This document shows, piece after piece, positions 26,161 to 35,283 of a stretch of 56,043 bases of DNA. The stretch spans positions 1 to 56,043 of the forward strand of contig JAUWIX010000004.1 in the NCBI GenBank assembly GCA_030608005.1. Reading direction: 5' to 3'. The notes below the pieces were generated by a model, which was given only the letters and a program-made list of their open reading frames with translations, was not told the origin of the DNA and did not search any database. The DNA is from Dehalococcoidia bacterium. GTDB lineage: Bacteria > Chloroflexota > Dehalococcoidia > Dehalococcoidales > BS750m-G39. The stretch's first letter is position 1. Every line of letters begins with the position of its first letter. A program made the position numbers and the translations under genes.

Positions 26161-28267
26161 TATTTCGTGTCAATTTGCCTTTATACTCACATTTAGTGCA
26201 TTTTGCCCAGTTTCTCTGGTATGTGGTGAGGAGTCCACCACACTTGGGGCAGGGCTGGGGGAGGGGTCTAAGATTGGTGGCAAACTGGCAATCAGGGTAG
26301 TTGCTACAACCGTAAAAGGTGCGCTTCTTTTTGCTCCGCTTCTCCACCAGCTCACCACCACACTGCGGACATTTAACCCCAAGCTTGACCTGAAAAGATT
26401 TGGTATATTTGCACTCAGGGTAGCCACTACAGGCTAAGAACTTCCCAAAACGCCCGAATTTGACTACTATAGGCTTGCCACATTCAGGGCAAATTTCCTC
26501 GGTTAGCTCCTCTAACTTCACCTTCTCCATAAGCAGGGAGGCGTTCTGCAGGCTCTTGTCAAAGGGTGTATAGAAATCTTGAACCACCCCCACCCAATTC
26601 TTGTTTTCATTGGCTACCTTGTCTAGTTCCTCCTCCATATGAGCGGTAAATTCAATGTTAACGATGTCAGCAAAATATTTGTTGAGCAGGTCATTGACCA
26701 CTATACCTAGCTCCGTAGGCTGAAAGCTGCCGCCAGCCTTGGTGACATACTCCCGCTCCTGAATGGTGGACAGGATGGGAGCGTAGGTGCTGGGACGCCC
26801 GATACCCCATTGTTCCAACATCTTTATTAGTGTGGCTTCGGTAAAGCGTGGTGGGGGTTTGGTAAAATGCTGCTCAGGGAAAAGCCCCAGAAGCTCAAGC
26901 TTATTGCCCTTCTCTAACTGGGGAAGGGTAGAGATTCTCTTCCCTTCTTCAGCTTCATCTTTCCCCTCGGTATAGAGAACCATAAACCCGGGAAACCTGG
27001 TAACAGAGCTGGAAGCTCTTAGCAGATAGTTGGCTTTAGAATAGGGGCGTCTGGCTTGAATATCAACGGCGGTATTATCAAAAGTCGCTGCTGACATCTG
27101 GCTAGCCACCATTCGTTTCCAGATGAGCTGGTAAAGCTTAAATTGGGCATCGGTAAGGTGTGGTTTAAGCAGGGAGGGCTCCCGCCAGATTTTAGTGGGA
27201 CGGATAGCTTCGTGAGCCTCTTGCGCCCCCTTTACAGTTCTGGTGAAGGAACGGGCATGCGATGGAGCAAACTGAGAGCCATACTTATCAATAATAAATT
27301 CTCTGGTTTCAGCAATGGCTGAGCGGGCTACCCTGGTGGAGTCGGTACGCATATAGGTGATGAGCCCTACACTCCCCTCATCGCCTATAGGGAGACCCTC
27401 ATAAAGCTCCTGAGCCACACGCATAGTTAGTTTGGCGGTGAAGTGGAGTTTGCGCCATGCCTCCTGTTGTAGCGTGCTGGTTATAAACGGTGGCGCCGGC
27501 TGGCGGGTTACCTTTTTGGTGCTTACTTTGATAACCTTATAGCTGGCTTGTTTTAGCTCATCACCGAGTTCAGTCGCTTCTTCCTCGGTATGAATATCTA
27601 TCTTGGTGCCATCGGTAAGACCAATCAGCATGGCTCTAAAAGCTGTCACCTCGGCAGAGGGTGTTTTCTTGGCTAACTCAGCCTCAATAGTCCAGTACTC
27701 CACCGGGATAAATTTCTCAATTTCCCTCTCACGGTCAACAATAATCCTTAGTGCCACCGACTGAACTCTACCTGCTGACAGACCCCTCCTTACCTTCTGC
27801 CAGAGTAATGGGCTGAGCTTATAGCCTACCAATCTATCCAGGACACGCCTCGCCTGCTGGGCATTGACCAATTGCATATCTATAGAGCGAGGATGGTCAA
27901 AGGCACGCTTGATAGCTTCCTTGGTTATTTCGTGAAAGATGACACGGCGGTAGGGTATGCGGTTCCATTTTGTCACCTCGGCTAGATGCCAGGAGATAGC
28001 CTCCCCCTCGCGGTCTGGGTCTGTGGCTAGATACACTGTAGAGGCAGTTTTAGCTGCCTGTTTAAGCTCGTTTACAATCTTACTTTTCGCCCTCGGCACC
28101 ACATATTTAGGGGCAAAGCCCTTTTCAATGTTTACCCCTAGCTGGCTCCTGGGCAAGTCTCTTACATGACCCATTGAGGCTTTGAGGCTATAGTTACCGC
28201 CTAACAGCTTACTCAGCGTTCTGGCCTTAGCCGGCGACTCAACTATAACTAAATTTTTCTTCCTCGT
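26147..28267 (-). CDS. topA: DNA topoisomerase I (type IA); true start probably a non-canonical ACG at 28267
   Basis: NLVIVESPAK upstream of the first ATG, ATDPDREGE, SAGRVQS, LITYMRTD, GIGRPSTY, C-terminal zinc ribbons. Confidence 0.95.
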   Translation of the reverse strand, partial: TRKKNLVIVESPAKARTLSKLLGGNYSLKASMGHVRDLPRSQLGVNIEKGFAPKYVVPRAKSKIVNELKQAAKTASTVYLATDPDREGEAISWHLAEVTKWNRIPYRRVIFHEITKEAIKRAFDHPRSIDMQLVNAQQARRVLDRLVGYKLSPLLWQKVRRGLSAGRVQSVALRIIVDREREIEKFIPVEYWTIEAELAKKTPSAEVTAFRAMLIGLTDGTKIDIHTEEEATELGDELKQASYKVIKVSTKKVTRQPAPPFITSTLQQEAWRKLHFTAKLTMRVAQELYEGLPIGDEGSVGLITYMRTDSTRVARSAIAETREFIIDKYGSQFAPSHARSFTRTVKGAQEAHEAIRPTKIWREPSLLKPHLTDAQFKLYQLIWKRMVASQMSAATFDNTAVDIQARRPYSKANYLLRASSSVTRFPGFMVLYTEGKDEAEEGKRISTLPQLEKGNKLELLGLFPEQHFTKPPPRFTEATLIKMLEQWGIGRPSTYAPILSTIQEREYVTKAGGSFQPTELGIVVNDLLNKYFADIVNIEFTAHMEEELDKVANENKNWVGVVQDFYTPFDKSLQNASLLMEKVKLEELTEEICPECGKPIVVKFGRFGKFLACSGYPECKYTKSFQVKLGVKCPQCGGELVEKRSKKKRTFYGCSNYPDCQFATNLRPLPQPCPKCGGLLTTYQRNWAKCTKCEYKGKLTRNSEWK

Positions 28268-28268
28268 C

Positions 28269-29390
28269 CTAATCCACCTTTACCCGGTACGCCTCTCTTG
28301 CTTCCCGAGACAGAATATAATTCATAGCTCCTACCTGCTTTACCAAACCCTTGAGCTCCATCATAGCTAAAGTGCTGCTGACCGTTGATATAGGCAGACC
28401 GCTATTGCGGCAGACCTCATCAATATGGGTGGGCTCAGCACCCAGTTGCCTTAGCAACAGGGATTCGGTATCGGAGGCTGGTATAACCTCTTTAATCTCC
28501 ATCTGGTGAGCTACAGCAGTCAAATTCAATTCCTCTAAAATATCGGTGTAGTCACGAATTAGCTTAGCCCCTTCCTGGATAAGGTGGTTAGTCCCTCTGC
28601 TGGCTGGTGATAGAATACTACCCGGGACAGCGAACACCTCTCTATTTTGCTCCAGTGCCAGATGAGCAGTAATCATAGCCCCGCTAGTCTCACCAGCCTC
28701 AACCACTAACACCCCGAGGCTTAGCCCGCTCATAATCCGATTACGTCGGGGAAAGTTATCAGCCTTAGGTCTGGTGCCTAGCGGATACTCGCTTATCACT
28801 GCCCCTTGCTGAATAATATTGCGAGCTAGAGAGGCATTCTCACCAGGGTAAACGATATCCAGCCCAGAGGCAAATACAGCAATCGTCCTACCCTCTGCCT
28901 CCAGGGCACTGCGGTGGGCTACAGAGTCAATTCCTTTAGCCAAGCCGCTTACAATGGTGATTTTGTTTCGAGCTAAATCAGCCACTATCTCCTCTGCTGC
29001 CTGTCTGCCATAAACGGTAGCCCGGCGGGTGCCTACCACTGCCAGACACCACTCATCCTCGGGGAGCAGGGAACCCCTGACATAAAGTATGGGGGGATAA
29101 TCATATATCTCCTTGAGCCGAGATGGATAATCCGGGTCATGCCAGATAAGCGCCTTTACCCCGTAGCGGTCTAACTTTTCCATCTCCGCTTCCAGGGAAA
29201 TCTTGGGTCGCCAGTAGGTGATGGCATTTATTGAGCCGCTATCCAGTCCCGAGCGCTTTAGGTCAGCGGGGGTAGCTTGCCATGCCTCCTCCAGGCTACC
29301 AAAATAGCTTTCAAGCTGTGAGAGTTTGACCCTCCCAATGCGAGGTATAATACTAAAGCCTACCCAGTATTTAATGTCTTTATCAGTCAT
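28269..29390 (-). CDS. dprA: DNA-processing protein DprA
   Basis: VVGTR, IVSGLAKGID, FPRRNRIMSG, VVEAGETSG, VFAVPG, C-terminal wHTH. Confidence 0.96.
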   Translation of the reverse strand: MTDKDIKYWVGFSIIPRIGRVKLSQLESYFGSLEEAWQATPADLKRSGLDSGSINAITYWRPKISLEAEMEKLDRYGVKALIWHDPDYPSRLKEIYDYPPILYVRGSLLPEDEWCLAVVGTRRATVYGRQAAEEIVADLARNKITIVSGLAKGIDSVAHRSALEAEGRTIAVFASGLDIVYPGENASLARNIIQQGAVISEYPLGTRPKADNFPRRNRIMSGLSLGVLVVEAGETSGAMITAHLALEQNREVFAVPGSILSPASRGTNHLIQEGAKLIRDYTDILEELNLTAVAHQMEIKEVIPASDTESLLLRQLGAEPTHIDEVCRNSGLPISTVSSTLAMMELKGLVKQVGAMNYILSREAREAYRVKVD

Positions 29391-29399
29391 TTCCTAAGC

Positions 29400-29428
29400 A
29401 TTCTAGCATAGAGGCGAACTACTGACAA
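29400..29428 (-). promoter_or_regulatory. Sigma70-type promoter for the dprA operon
   Basis: TTGTCA-N17-TAGAAT with TG extension, 9 nt before the ATG. Confidence 0.6.
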
Positions 29429-29432
29429 TCGG

Positions 29433-29787
29433 GATTGTTTATCCACCTCACCCCCTTAATCCCCCTCTCCATGATATGGATATGTATTCCTATCATGAGG
29501 GGGAGGACTGTTTTAAGAGGGGCTTCGCCCCTCTTCGACCCTTCTTTAAACCTTATCTCATACCAAGAGGAAGGTAATATCTTTGAAAGGCTGTAGCCCT
29601 TCTTAGTAAAACCCCCACTTTTATTTAGGGGAAATATGAATCTTTAAGGGAAGTATGAAGGGGCGTTAGCCCCTTCAAAAAATACAATTCCCCTTCCCCT
29701 TACTAAGGGGAAGGGGATAAAGGGGATAGGGTTTCCAATTATCAAAAGATAAAAAGTGGAGAGCCGGAAAGAGGCGAAGCCTCTCTT
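29433..29787. repeat. Modular hairpin element R6 (long composite)
   Basis: Left terminus GATTGTTTATCCACC; long-loop hairpin shared with R9; several GCTTCGC/GCGAAGC hairpins; CCCCTTCCCCTTA/TAAGGGGAAGGGG. Confidence 0.88.
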
Positions 29788-29839
29788 AGCCAGCTCATTA
29801 GGAGGACGGAGCTTCTTATCTCAGAATCTCAGAATAGGG

Positions 29840-29928
29840 TGGCGGAGAGGGGGGGATTCGAACCCACGGTAGCCAAAGGCTACACGCGCTCTCCAGGCGC
29901 GCCTGATAGTCCACTCCAGCACCTCTCC
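29840..29928 (-). tRNA. tRNA-Ser(GGA)
   Basis: GGAGAGG acceptor stem, anticodon loop CT-GGA-GA, long variable arm, GTTCGAATCC, encoded CCA. Confidence 0.95.
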
Positions 29929-29940
29929 ACTCAGATGTTG

Positions 29941-30028
29941 CGGAGAGGGTGGGATTCGAACCCACGCTCCACTTTTAGCGGAGACCGCTTTTCGAGAGCG
30001 GCACCATAAACCACTCGGACACCTCTCC
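29941..30028 (-). tRNA. tRNA-Ser(CGA)
   Basis: GGAGAGG acceptor stem, anticodon loop CT-CGA-AA, long variable arm, GTTCGAATCC; CCA not encoded. Confidence 0.95.
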
Positions 30029-30059
30029 CTGGTTACACGGTAATTATACCATCTTTTGC

Positions 30060-31064
30060 TCAGGCTAGGGTATAGCTGAAATAAGCCCCAAGCAAGAATA
30101 GCGCTATCAGAGCCAGATTACACCAGCTTAGCCTGAGAAATCTTTTCGGTCTGAAGTGGAGCCCAGCTATAAATATCCCGGTCATCAATATGACCACCAG
30201 AGCAGTGGTGAGATGGCTCTCCGAGACCGAAGCCAGAATAGGACCCTGTAAATAAAGCAGGTCGTCTATGGGGATGACAGTCATATTAAATAGATTTGAG
30301 CCTATCATATTGGCAACAGCCATGTCCACTGCCCCCATCCTCATTGCGGCGAAGGAGACGGTGATTTCAGGCAGGGTAGTGGTGAAACCGAGGAGGAGGC
30401 TGCCGACAAAGCTTTGCCCCCACCCGGTAATGGCAGCTATCTCGTCTCCGATTATTGCCAGCCATGTTCCAGCGCCAATGATAAAGGCAGCCGCTATAGC
30501 GAAATAGAGGCATACCCTCCTCAGGGGTATCTCTCCATAATCTGGCTCGGCTCTCTGGTCACTTGCTTGGGGAGAAGGCTGCCGCTGTTCGGAGCGCAAG
30601 ATTTTCCACATAAAGACAAGATATAAAAGGATAATAATAGGGGTATACCACCCTATCCAGCCTATGCCCAAGGCTGAAAAGCGGCTGCTGATAAAGATAG
30701 AGACAGCAGCAACCACGACTAGAACCATGCTGAGCCACCCTGTCAATCGGTGAGTTGGGCTAACTGCACTCAACAGGGAGCCATTGTGGTAGGCAATATC
30801 AAGCAGTGCCAGGTTCAAAAGATTAAAGCTGTTGGCACCAAAGAGGTTGCCGATGGTTAAATCAGGAGCACCGACTAAGGTAACAGCACTTATCCCGGTG
30901 AAGAGCTCAGGCAGGGAGGTAACCAAGGCGAGGAGAACAACCCCTATCCACACTCCACCGAGCCCGCTCTTGCGGGCAATAATGTCTCCATACCTTGCTA
31001 TCGCCCGCCCCGAGAAGAAGATGATTAAGATGCATAAAATAAACTTTACCCATACCCAGACCAA
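30060..31064 (-). CDS. Ca2+/cation antiporter (CaCA) family membrane protein
   Basis: Alpha repeats TSLPEL...GNLFGAN and TTLPEI...ANMIGSN; TTG start at 31064 after AAGGGGG. Confidence 0.9.
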   Translation of the reverse strand: MVWVWVKFILCILIIFFSGRAIARYGDIIARKSGLGGVWIGVVLLALVTSLPELFTGISAVTLVGAPDLTIGNLFGANSFNLLNLALLDIAYHNGSLLSAVSPTHRLTGWLSMVLVVVAAVSIFISSRFSALGIGWIGWYTPIIILLYLVFMWKILRSEQRQPSPQASDQRAEPDYGEIPLRRVCLYFAIAAAFIIGAGTWLAIIGDEIAAITGWGQSFVGSLLLGFTTTLPEITVSFAAMRMGAVDMAVANMIGSNLFNMTVIPIDDLLYLQGPILASVSESHLTTALVVILMTGIFIAGLHFRPKRFLRLSWCNLALIALFLLGAYFSYTLA

Positions 31065-31239
31065 GGTGTGCCCCCTTGCCAAAGCCACTTTATTGGCATC
31101 GCAGGGAAATGTCAATATTGGCTTCTTTCACCACGGACGAACTTTTGTTATAATGACATAGTTTTTGTCTCTACCTGCTTTTTGTGATATAAGAGAGACT
31201 TTGGGCTGACCCTCACCATGATACGGAGGAGGTATTTGA

Positions 31240-33981
31240 TTGCTGAACGGGACTAGATGGTATCAGCTATCAGCAGAACAGACTTTTGAAGCCTTAGAAG
31301 CTAGTAATGTTGGGCTCACCTCCAGCGAGGCAAAAGCCAGGCTGGCAAAATATGGTTACAACGAACTGAGGTTCAAGAAGAGGGGAGCTCTCGTCCGCTT
31401 CCTACTTCAGTTTCATAGCCCCTTAATATATGTCCTGCTTGCTGCTTCCCTTGTTTGCACTATTCTAACTATTATTAAACCTGAGACGGATATGTGGCCA
31501 GATGTGGCAGTTATTCTGGGATGTGTCTTCCTCAATGTGATAATAGGTTTCATTCAGGAGGGGAAGGGTGAAGCTGCTCTGGAAGCGCTGAAGAAGATGA
31601 TGGTGCCGGAGTGCACTGTGCTCCGGGATGGAGAGAAGAAGGTCATACCGACACGGGAATTGGTCCCCGGCGATGTGGTTATACTGGAGGGTGGTGATAA
31701 GGTGCCAGCAGATTTGCGCTTATTCTTTACCAAAAATGTGAGCGCAGATGAGGCAGCCCTTACCGGAGAATCGGTACCGGTGACCAAGAACAGTGACCCT
31801 ATTTCGAGGCCAAATCTATCACCTGGCGACCAGCGCTGTATTTCCTTCGGTGGTACCTTCATTACCGCTGGCTCGGCACAGGGGATTGTAGTAGGCACTG
31901 GAGAGCAAACAGAGTTCGGCAAAATCGCCGAACTCATGAAAGAGACCCGTAAAATCATCACCCCCCTAATGAGGAAGATAGCCGACTTCACTAGATTTTT
32001 GATTATTGCCATCCTTGCCCTTGCCGCGGTTAATTTTATACTAGCATTAGTATTTAAATATGACCTCGTGTATGCCTTCCTTGCCTCAGTAGCCCTTGCT
32101 GTTGCCGCAATACCTGAGATGCTACCCGCCATAGTAGCTGCGATTTTAGCCCTGGCTGCAGTGGCTATGTCAAAGAGAAACGCACTGATAAGGAAATTAC
32201 CGGCGGCGGAAACACTGGGCTGTGCTACAGTTATATGCTCAGATAAGACAGGCACCCTCACCAAAAATCAAATGACCGTAGTGTATATCCACTCTGGAGG
32301 GAAAGACTATAAAGTGGGCGGTGTCGGCTATGACCCCAGAGGAGAGTTTATTCTGGGGAACAAAGGAATCAACCCAGAGAACCAGGAGTTAGTTGAAACC
32401 TTAAGAGCAGGTTACCTCTGTAATAATGCAACTCTAGCCGAGGGTGAAGAGGGATATAATATTGTAGGCGACCCTACCGAAGGGGCTTTGGTGGTCTCAG
32501 CAGCTAAAGCTGCCATTACCCAAAAGCTTCCCCGATTGGATGAGATACCCTTCGAGCCTGCGCAACAATATATGGCTACCCTGCATCAGGGCAAGGTGGA
32601 AAATGTTATCTATGTGAAGGGCTCACCGGAGAGGGTGTTACGGATGTGCCAGAGCCAGTTAATTGATGGAAGTGTTGAGTCTTTAAGAAGTGATGAGATA
32701 TTGGCAAGGGTAGACGAGATGGCAAGAGACGCCTTACGAGTGCTCGGTATGGCTTATAAGTATGTGGACAGGGAGAAAACATCACTCATTGCTAAAGATT
32801 TGGGTGGGCTAGTTTTCCTCGGGCTCCAGGGGATGATAGACCCACCTCGGGAAGAGGCGATTGAGGCAGTCAAGGATTGTAAGACGGCAGGGATAAGGAC
32901 AGTAATGATAACCGGTGACCATGCTCAGACGGCAAAAGCTATTGCCCAGCAGCTAGGCATTGGCGGAAGCAGTGATAAGGTATTGACCGGGGAAGAGCTG
33001 TCAAGAATGAGCGACGATGAGCTATATGAAGTTGTGGACGAGGTCTCGGTTTATGCCAGGGTTGCTCCGGAGCACAAGTTGAGAATAACAAAGCAGTTGC
33101 AGAGAAGGGGACACATCGCTGCCGTCACTGGCGATGGGGTAAACGATGCTCCAGCGCTGAAGGCAGCCGATATCGGCGTTGCCATGGGGATAACGGGAAC
33201 CGAGGTGAGCAAGGAAGCCGCTGATATGGTTTTGACTGATGATAACTTCGCCAGCATAGTGGGGGCAGTGGAGGAAGGCAGACACGCCTGGAAGAACCTG
33301 GAAAAGGCAATCCTGTATACCCTTCCCACCAATGGGGGGCAGGCGCTACTGGTAATGGGAGCAGTATTACTGGCACCATTTATACCTCTCTTTGCCCTGC
33401 GCCTTCCCTTGGAGCCAATACACATCCTGTGGGTGAATCTGGCTGACTCTATATTTCTCACCTTGCCCCTGATGATGGAGCCCAAGGAAAAGGGATTACT
33501 GGAAGGCTCCCCGCGTAACCCTAAGGAAAAAATAGCCAATCGCCTATTTTTTGAGAGAGTCGGGTTGGTGTCGGTGGTAATGGCAGCTTCGGGCTTTATC
33601 GTATATTGGATATACGGGCATCTAGCCTTTGAAACGCATACCTCTAATATGGACTTAGTATTAACGCAGGCGCAAACAGCAGCCTTCATGGCGGTCAAGC
33701 TGTTACATATAGGCTTCATCTTTACCGCCAGGTCAGTAATGAAATCGGCATTTACCTTTAACCCCTTCTCCAATAAATGGGTGCTGATGGGTATTGCGGT
33801 AACCATAATTACCCAGCTTATGATAACCTATATCCCCGTTGTTAATGTTATATTTAGAACAGCACCCTTCCCTGCCGAGTGGTGGCCACTCATAATTTTA
33901 GCTCTATTCCCTGGATTCCTTGTAGTTGAGCTGGAGAAGTTCTTGCGAAGGCGATTTGGGAAAAGGAAGTCGTTGATATAG
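31240..33981 (+). CDS. P-type cation-transporting ATPase (P2 type, Ca2+-like)
   Basis: TGES, IPEMLP, CSDKTGTLT, KGSPE, TGDGVNDAPALK. Confidence 0.96.
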   Translation: MLNGTRWYQLSAEQTFEALEASNVGLTSSEAKARLAKYGYNELRFKKRGALVRFLLQFHSPLIYVLLAASLVCTILTIIKPETDMWPDVAVILGCVFLNVIIGFIQEGKGEAALEALKKMMVPECTVLRDGEKKVIPTRELVPGDVVILEGGDKVPADLRLFFTKNVSADEAALTGESVPVTKNSDPISRPNLSPGDQRCISFGGTFITAGSAQGIVVGTGEQTEFGKIAELMKETRKIITPLMRKIADFTRFLIIAILALAAVNFILALVFKYDLVYAFLASVALAVAAIPEMLPAIVAAILALAAVAMSKRNALIRKLPAAETLGCATVICSDKTGTLTKNQMTVVYIHSGGKDYKVGGVGYDPRGEFILGNKGINPENQELVETLRAGYLCNNATLAEGEEGYNIVGDPTEGALVVSAAKAAITQKLPRLDEIPFEPAQQYMATLHQGKVENVIYVKGSPERVLRMCQSQLIDGSVESLRSDEILARVDEMARDALRVLGMAYKYVDREKTSLIAKDLGGLVFLGLQGMIDPPREEAIEAVKDCKTAGIRTVMITGDHAQTAKAIAQQLGIGGSSDKVLTGEELSRMSDDELYEVVDEVSVYARVAPEHKLRITKQLQRRGHIAAVTGDGVNDAPALKAADIGVAMGITGTEVSKEAADMVLTDDNFASIVGAVEEGRHAWKNLEKAILYTLPTNGGQALLVMGAVLLAPFIPLFALRLPLEPIHILWVNLADSIFLTLPLMMEPKEKGLLEGSPRNPKEKIANRLFFERVGLVSVVMAASGFIVYWIYGHLAFETHTSNMDLVLTQAQTAAFMAVKLLHIGFIFTARSVMKSAFTFNPFSNKWVLMGIAVTIITQLMITYIPVVNVIFRTAPFPAEWWPLIILALFPGFLVVELEKFLRRRFGKRKSLI

Positions 33982-34002
33982 ATATAACAGCCTATCCATT
34001 TG

Positions 34003-34031
34003 TTGCCAAATAATTTGCCATAGGGTATTAT
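34003..34031 (+). promoter_or_regulatory. Promoter for tRNA-Arg (and probably the por operon)
   Basis: TTGCCA-N17-TATTAT, 8 nt before the tRNA. Confidence 0.65.
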
Positions 34032-34039
34032 AGGTATTG

Positions 34040-34112
34040 GCCCCTGTAGCTCAGGTGGATAGAGCACCAGCCTCCGGAGCTGGGTGCGAGCGTTCAAGTC
34101 GCTCCAGGGGCG
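34040..34112 (+). tRNA. tRNA-Arg(CCG)
   Basis: GCCCCTG/CAGGGGC acceptor stem, CCAGC-CTCCGGA-GCTGG anticodon arm, GTTCAAGTC T-loop. Confidence 0.93.
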
Positions 34113-34137
34113 CTTTTGTGATAGCTAGGAGACCGAG

Positions 34138-34707
34138 TTGAGAGATACTAACCGACTTATTGAGATTAGATGGCATGGTCGTGGTGGGCAGGGTGCAGTT
34201 ACCTCCGCAGAACTGGTGGCGCAGGCAGCAATAAGCGAAGGTAAGTATGCTCATGCCTTCCCCAGCTTTGGTCCTGAGAGGAGAGGGGCACCAGTATTGG
34301 CTTTTGTCAGAATAAGTAGCCAGCAACCTATCAGGATAAGGGCTGAGATAGCCCAACCTGATATAGTGGTAGTGCTTGACCCTAGACTGCTTCGCATTGT
34401 GAATGTTGCCTCAGGACTTAAGGAAAACGGACTGCTGGTAATTAATACCAGAAGGTCGTTTCAGGACATTGAAGCTGAGCTTAAAGCTAAATGTAAACTA
34501 GCTAGAGTTAATGCCACAAGTATCGCTAGGGAGATTTTAGGGCTTCCTATTACTAATACTACCATGATTGGAGCTCTAGTTAGAGCCACCGGGGTAGTCG
34601 AACTGGAATCCTTGCTTGAACCCTTGAGACACCGCTTTGGTCGCCTGGCGGAAAGAAATATCAAGGCTATGCAAAAGGCATATGAGGAAACCTTAGTGAA
34701 GGAGTAA
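34138..34707 (+). CDS. porG: 2-oxoacid:ferredoxin oxidoreductase gamma subunit
   Basis: EIRWHGRGGQGAVT, FGPERRGAPV, PITNTTMIGA. Confidence 0.93.
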   Translation: MRDTNRLIEIRWHGRGGQGAVTSAELVAQAAISEGKYAHAFPSFGPERRGAPVLAFVRISSQQPIRIRAEIAQPDIVVVLDPRLLRIVNVASGLKENGLLVINTRRSFQDIEAELKAKCKLARVNATSIAREILGLPITNTTMIGALVRATGVVELESLLEPLRHRFGRLAERNIKAMQKAYEETLVKE

Positions 34708-34721
34708 AAAGTCGTTTATCA

Positions 34722-34972
34722 AGGGTAGATTGAAGGGGCTAATACAGGGTCCCCACAAAAACCTTGTTTTTGTGGGGTGAAAATCCCCTTCAAAAGTAAT
34801 CCCTCCCTCTCCTTACTCTGGAGTAATAATTAAGGGGAGTTTTAGAGGGACTACGCCCCTCTAAAGAAATTACCTTCCCCTTATCAAGGGGAAGGGGGAT
34901 AAAGAAGGGGAAGGGGGATAAAGGGGGATAGGGTTACCAAATAAAAAACCTAAAAGGGGGTGAGGTTGACCC
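34722..34972. repeat. Modular hairpin element R7 with nested palindrome and 19-bp tandem duplication
   Basis: Flanked by AAGGAGTAA direct repeats (34699-34707, 34976-34984); AAGGGGAAGGGGGATAAAG twice (34886-34923). Confidence 0.88.
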
Positions 34973-34989
34973 CCAAAGGAGTAAGCCAA

Positions 34990-35283
34990 TTGACTAAGCC
35001 GGAGGGTATGCTGACCTGGAGAGACCTGGAAATCGGCTCAATAGTAGTCGAGCCAGGGAATGCCAGCCAGTACCAGACTGGCGATTGGAGGTCAGAAAGA
35101 CCAATCTTTGACACCAATAAATGTATAAAGTGTGGCATTTGCTATATTTTCTGCCCCGAGGGATGCGTTGAACAAAATGCTGAGGGGTATTTTGAAGCCG
35201 ATTTATTCTACTGCAAGGGGTGTGGCATTTGCGCCCGCGAGTGCTGGACCAAAGCCATTACCATGGTGCCAGAGGAGGAGTGA
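34990..35283 (+). CDS. porD: 2-oxoacid:ferredoxin oxidoreductase delta subunit (2[4Fe-4S])
   Basis: TGDWRSERP, CIKCGICYIFCP, CKGCGICARECW; TTG start after AAGGAG. Confidence 0.93.
   Translation: MTKPEGMLTWRDLEIGSIVVEPGNASQYQTGDWRSERPIFDTNKCIKCGICYIFCPEGCVEQNAEGYFEADLFYCKGCGICARECWTKAITMVPEEE

Noticed and set aside
31554-33806. Long antisense ORFs within the P-type ATPase (and similar ones within tig, nusA, infB and pnp)
   Set aside because: These are shadow ORFs of well-supported genes and show no recognisable motifs.
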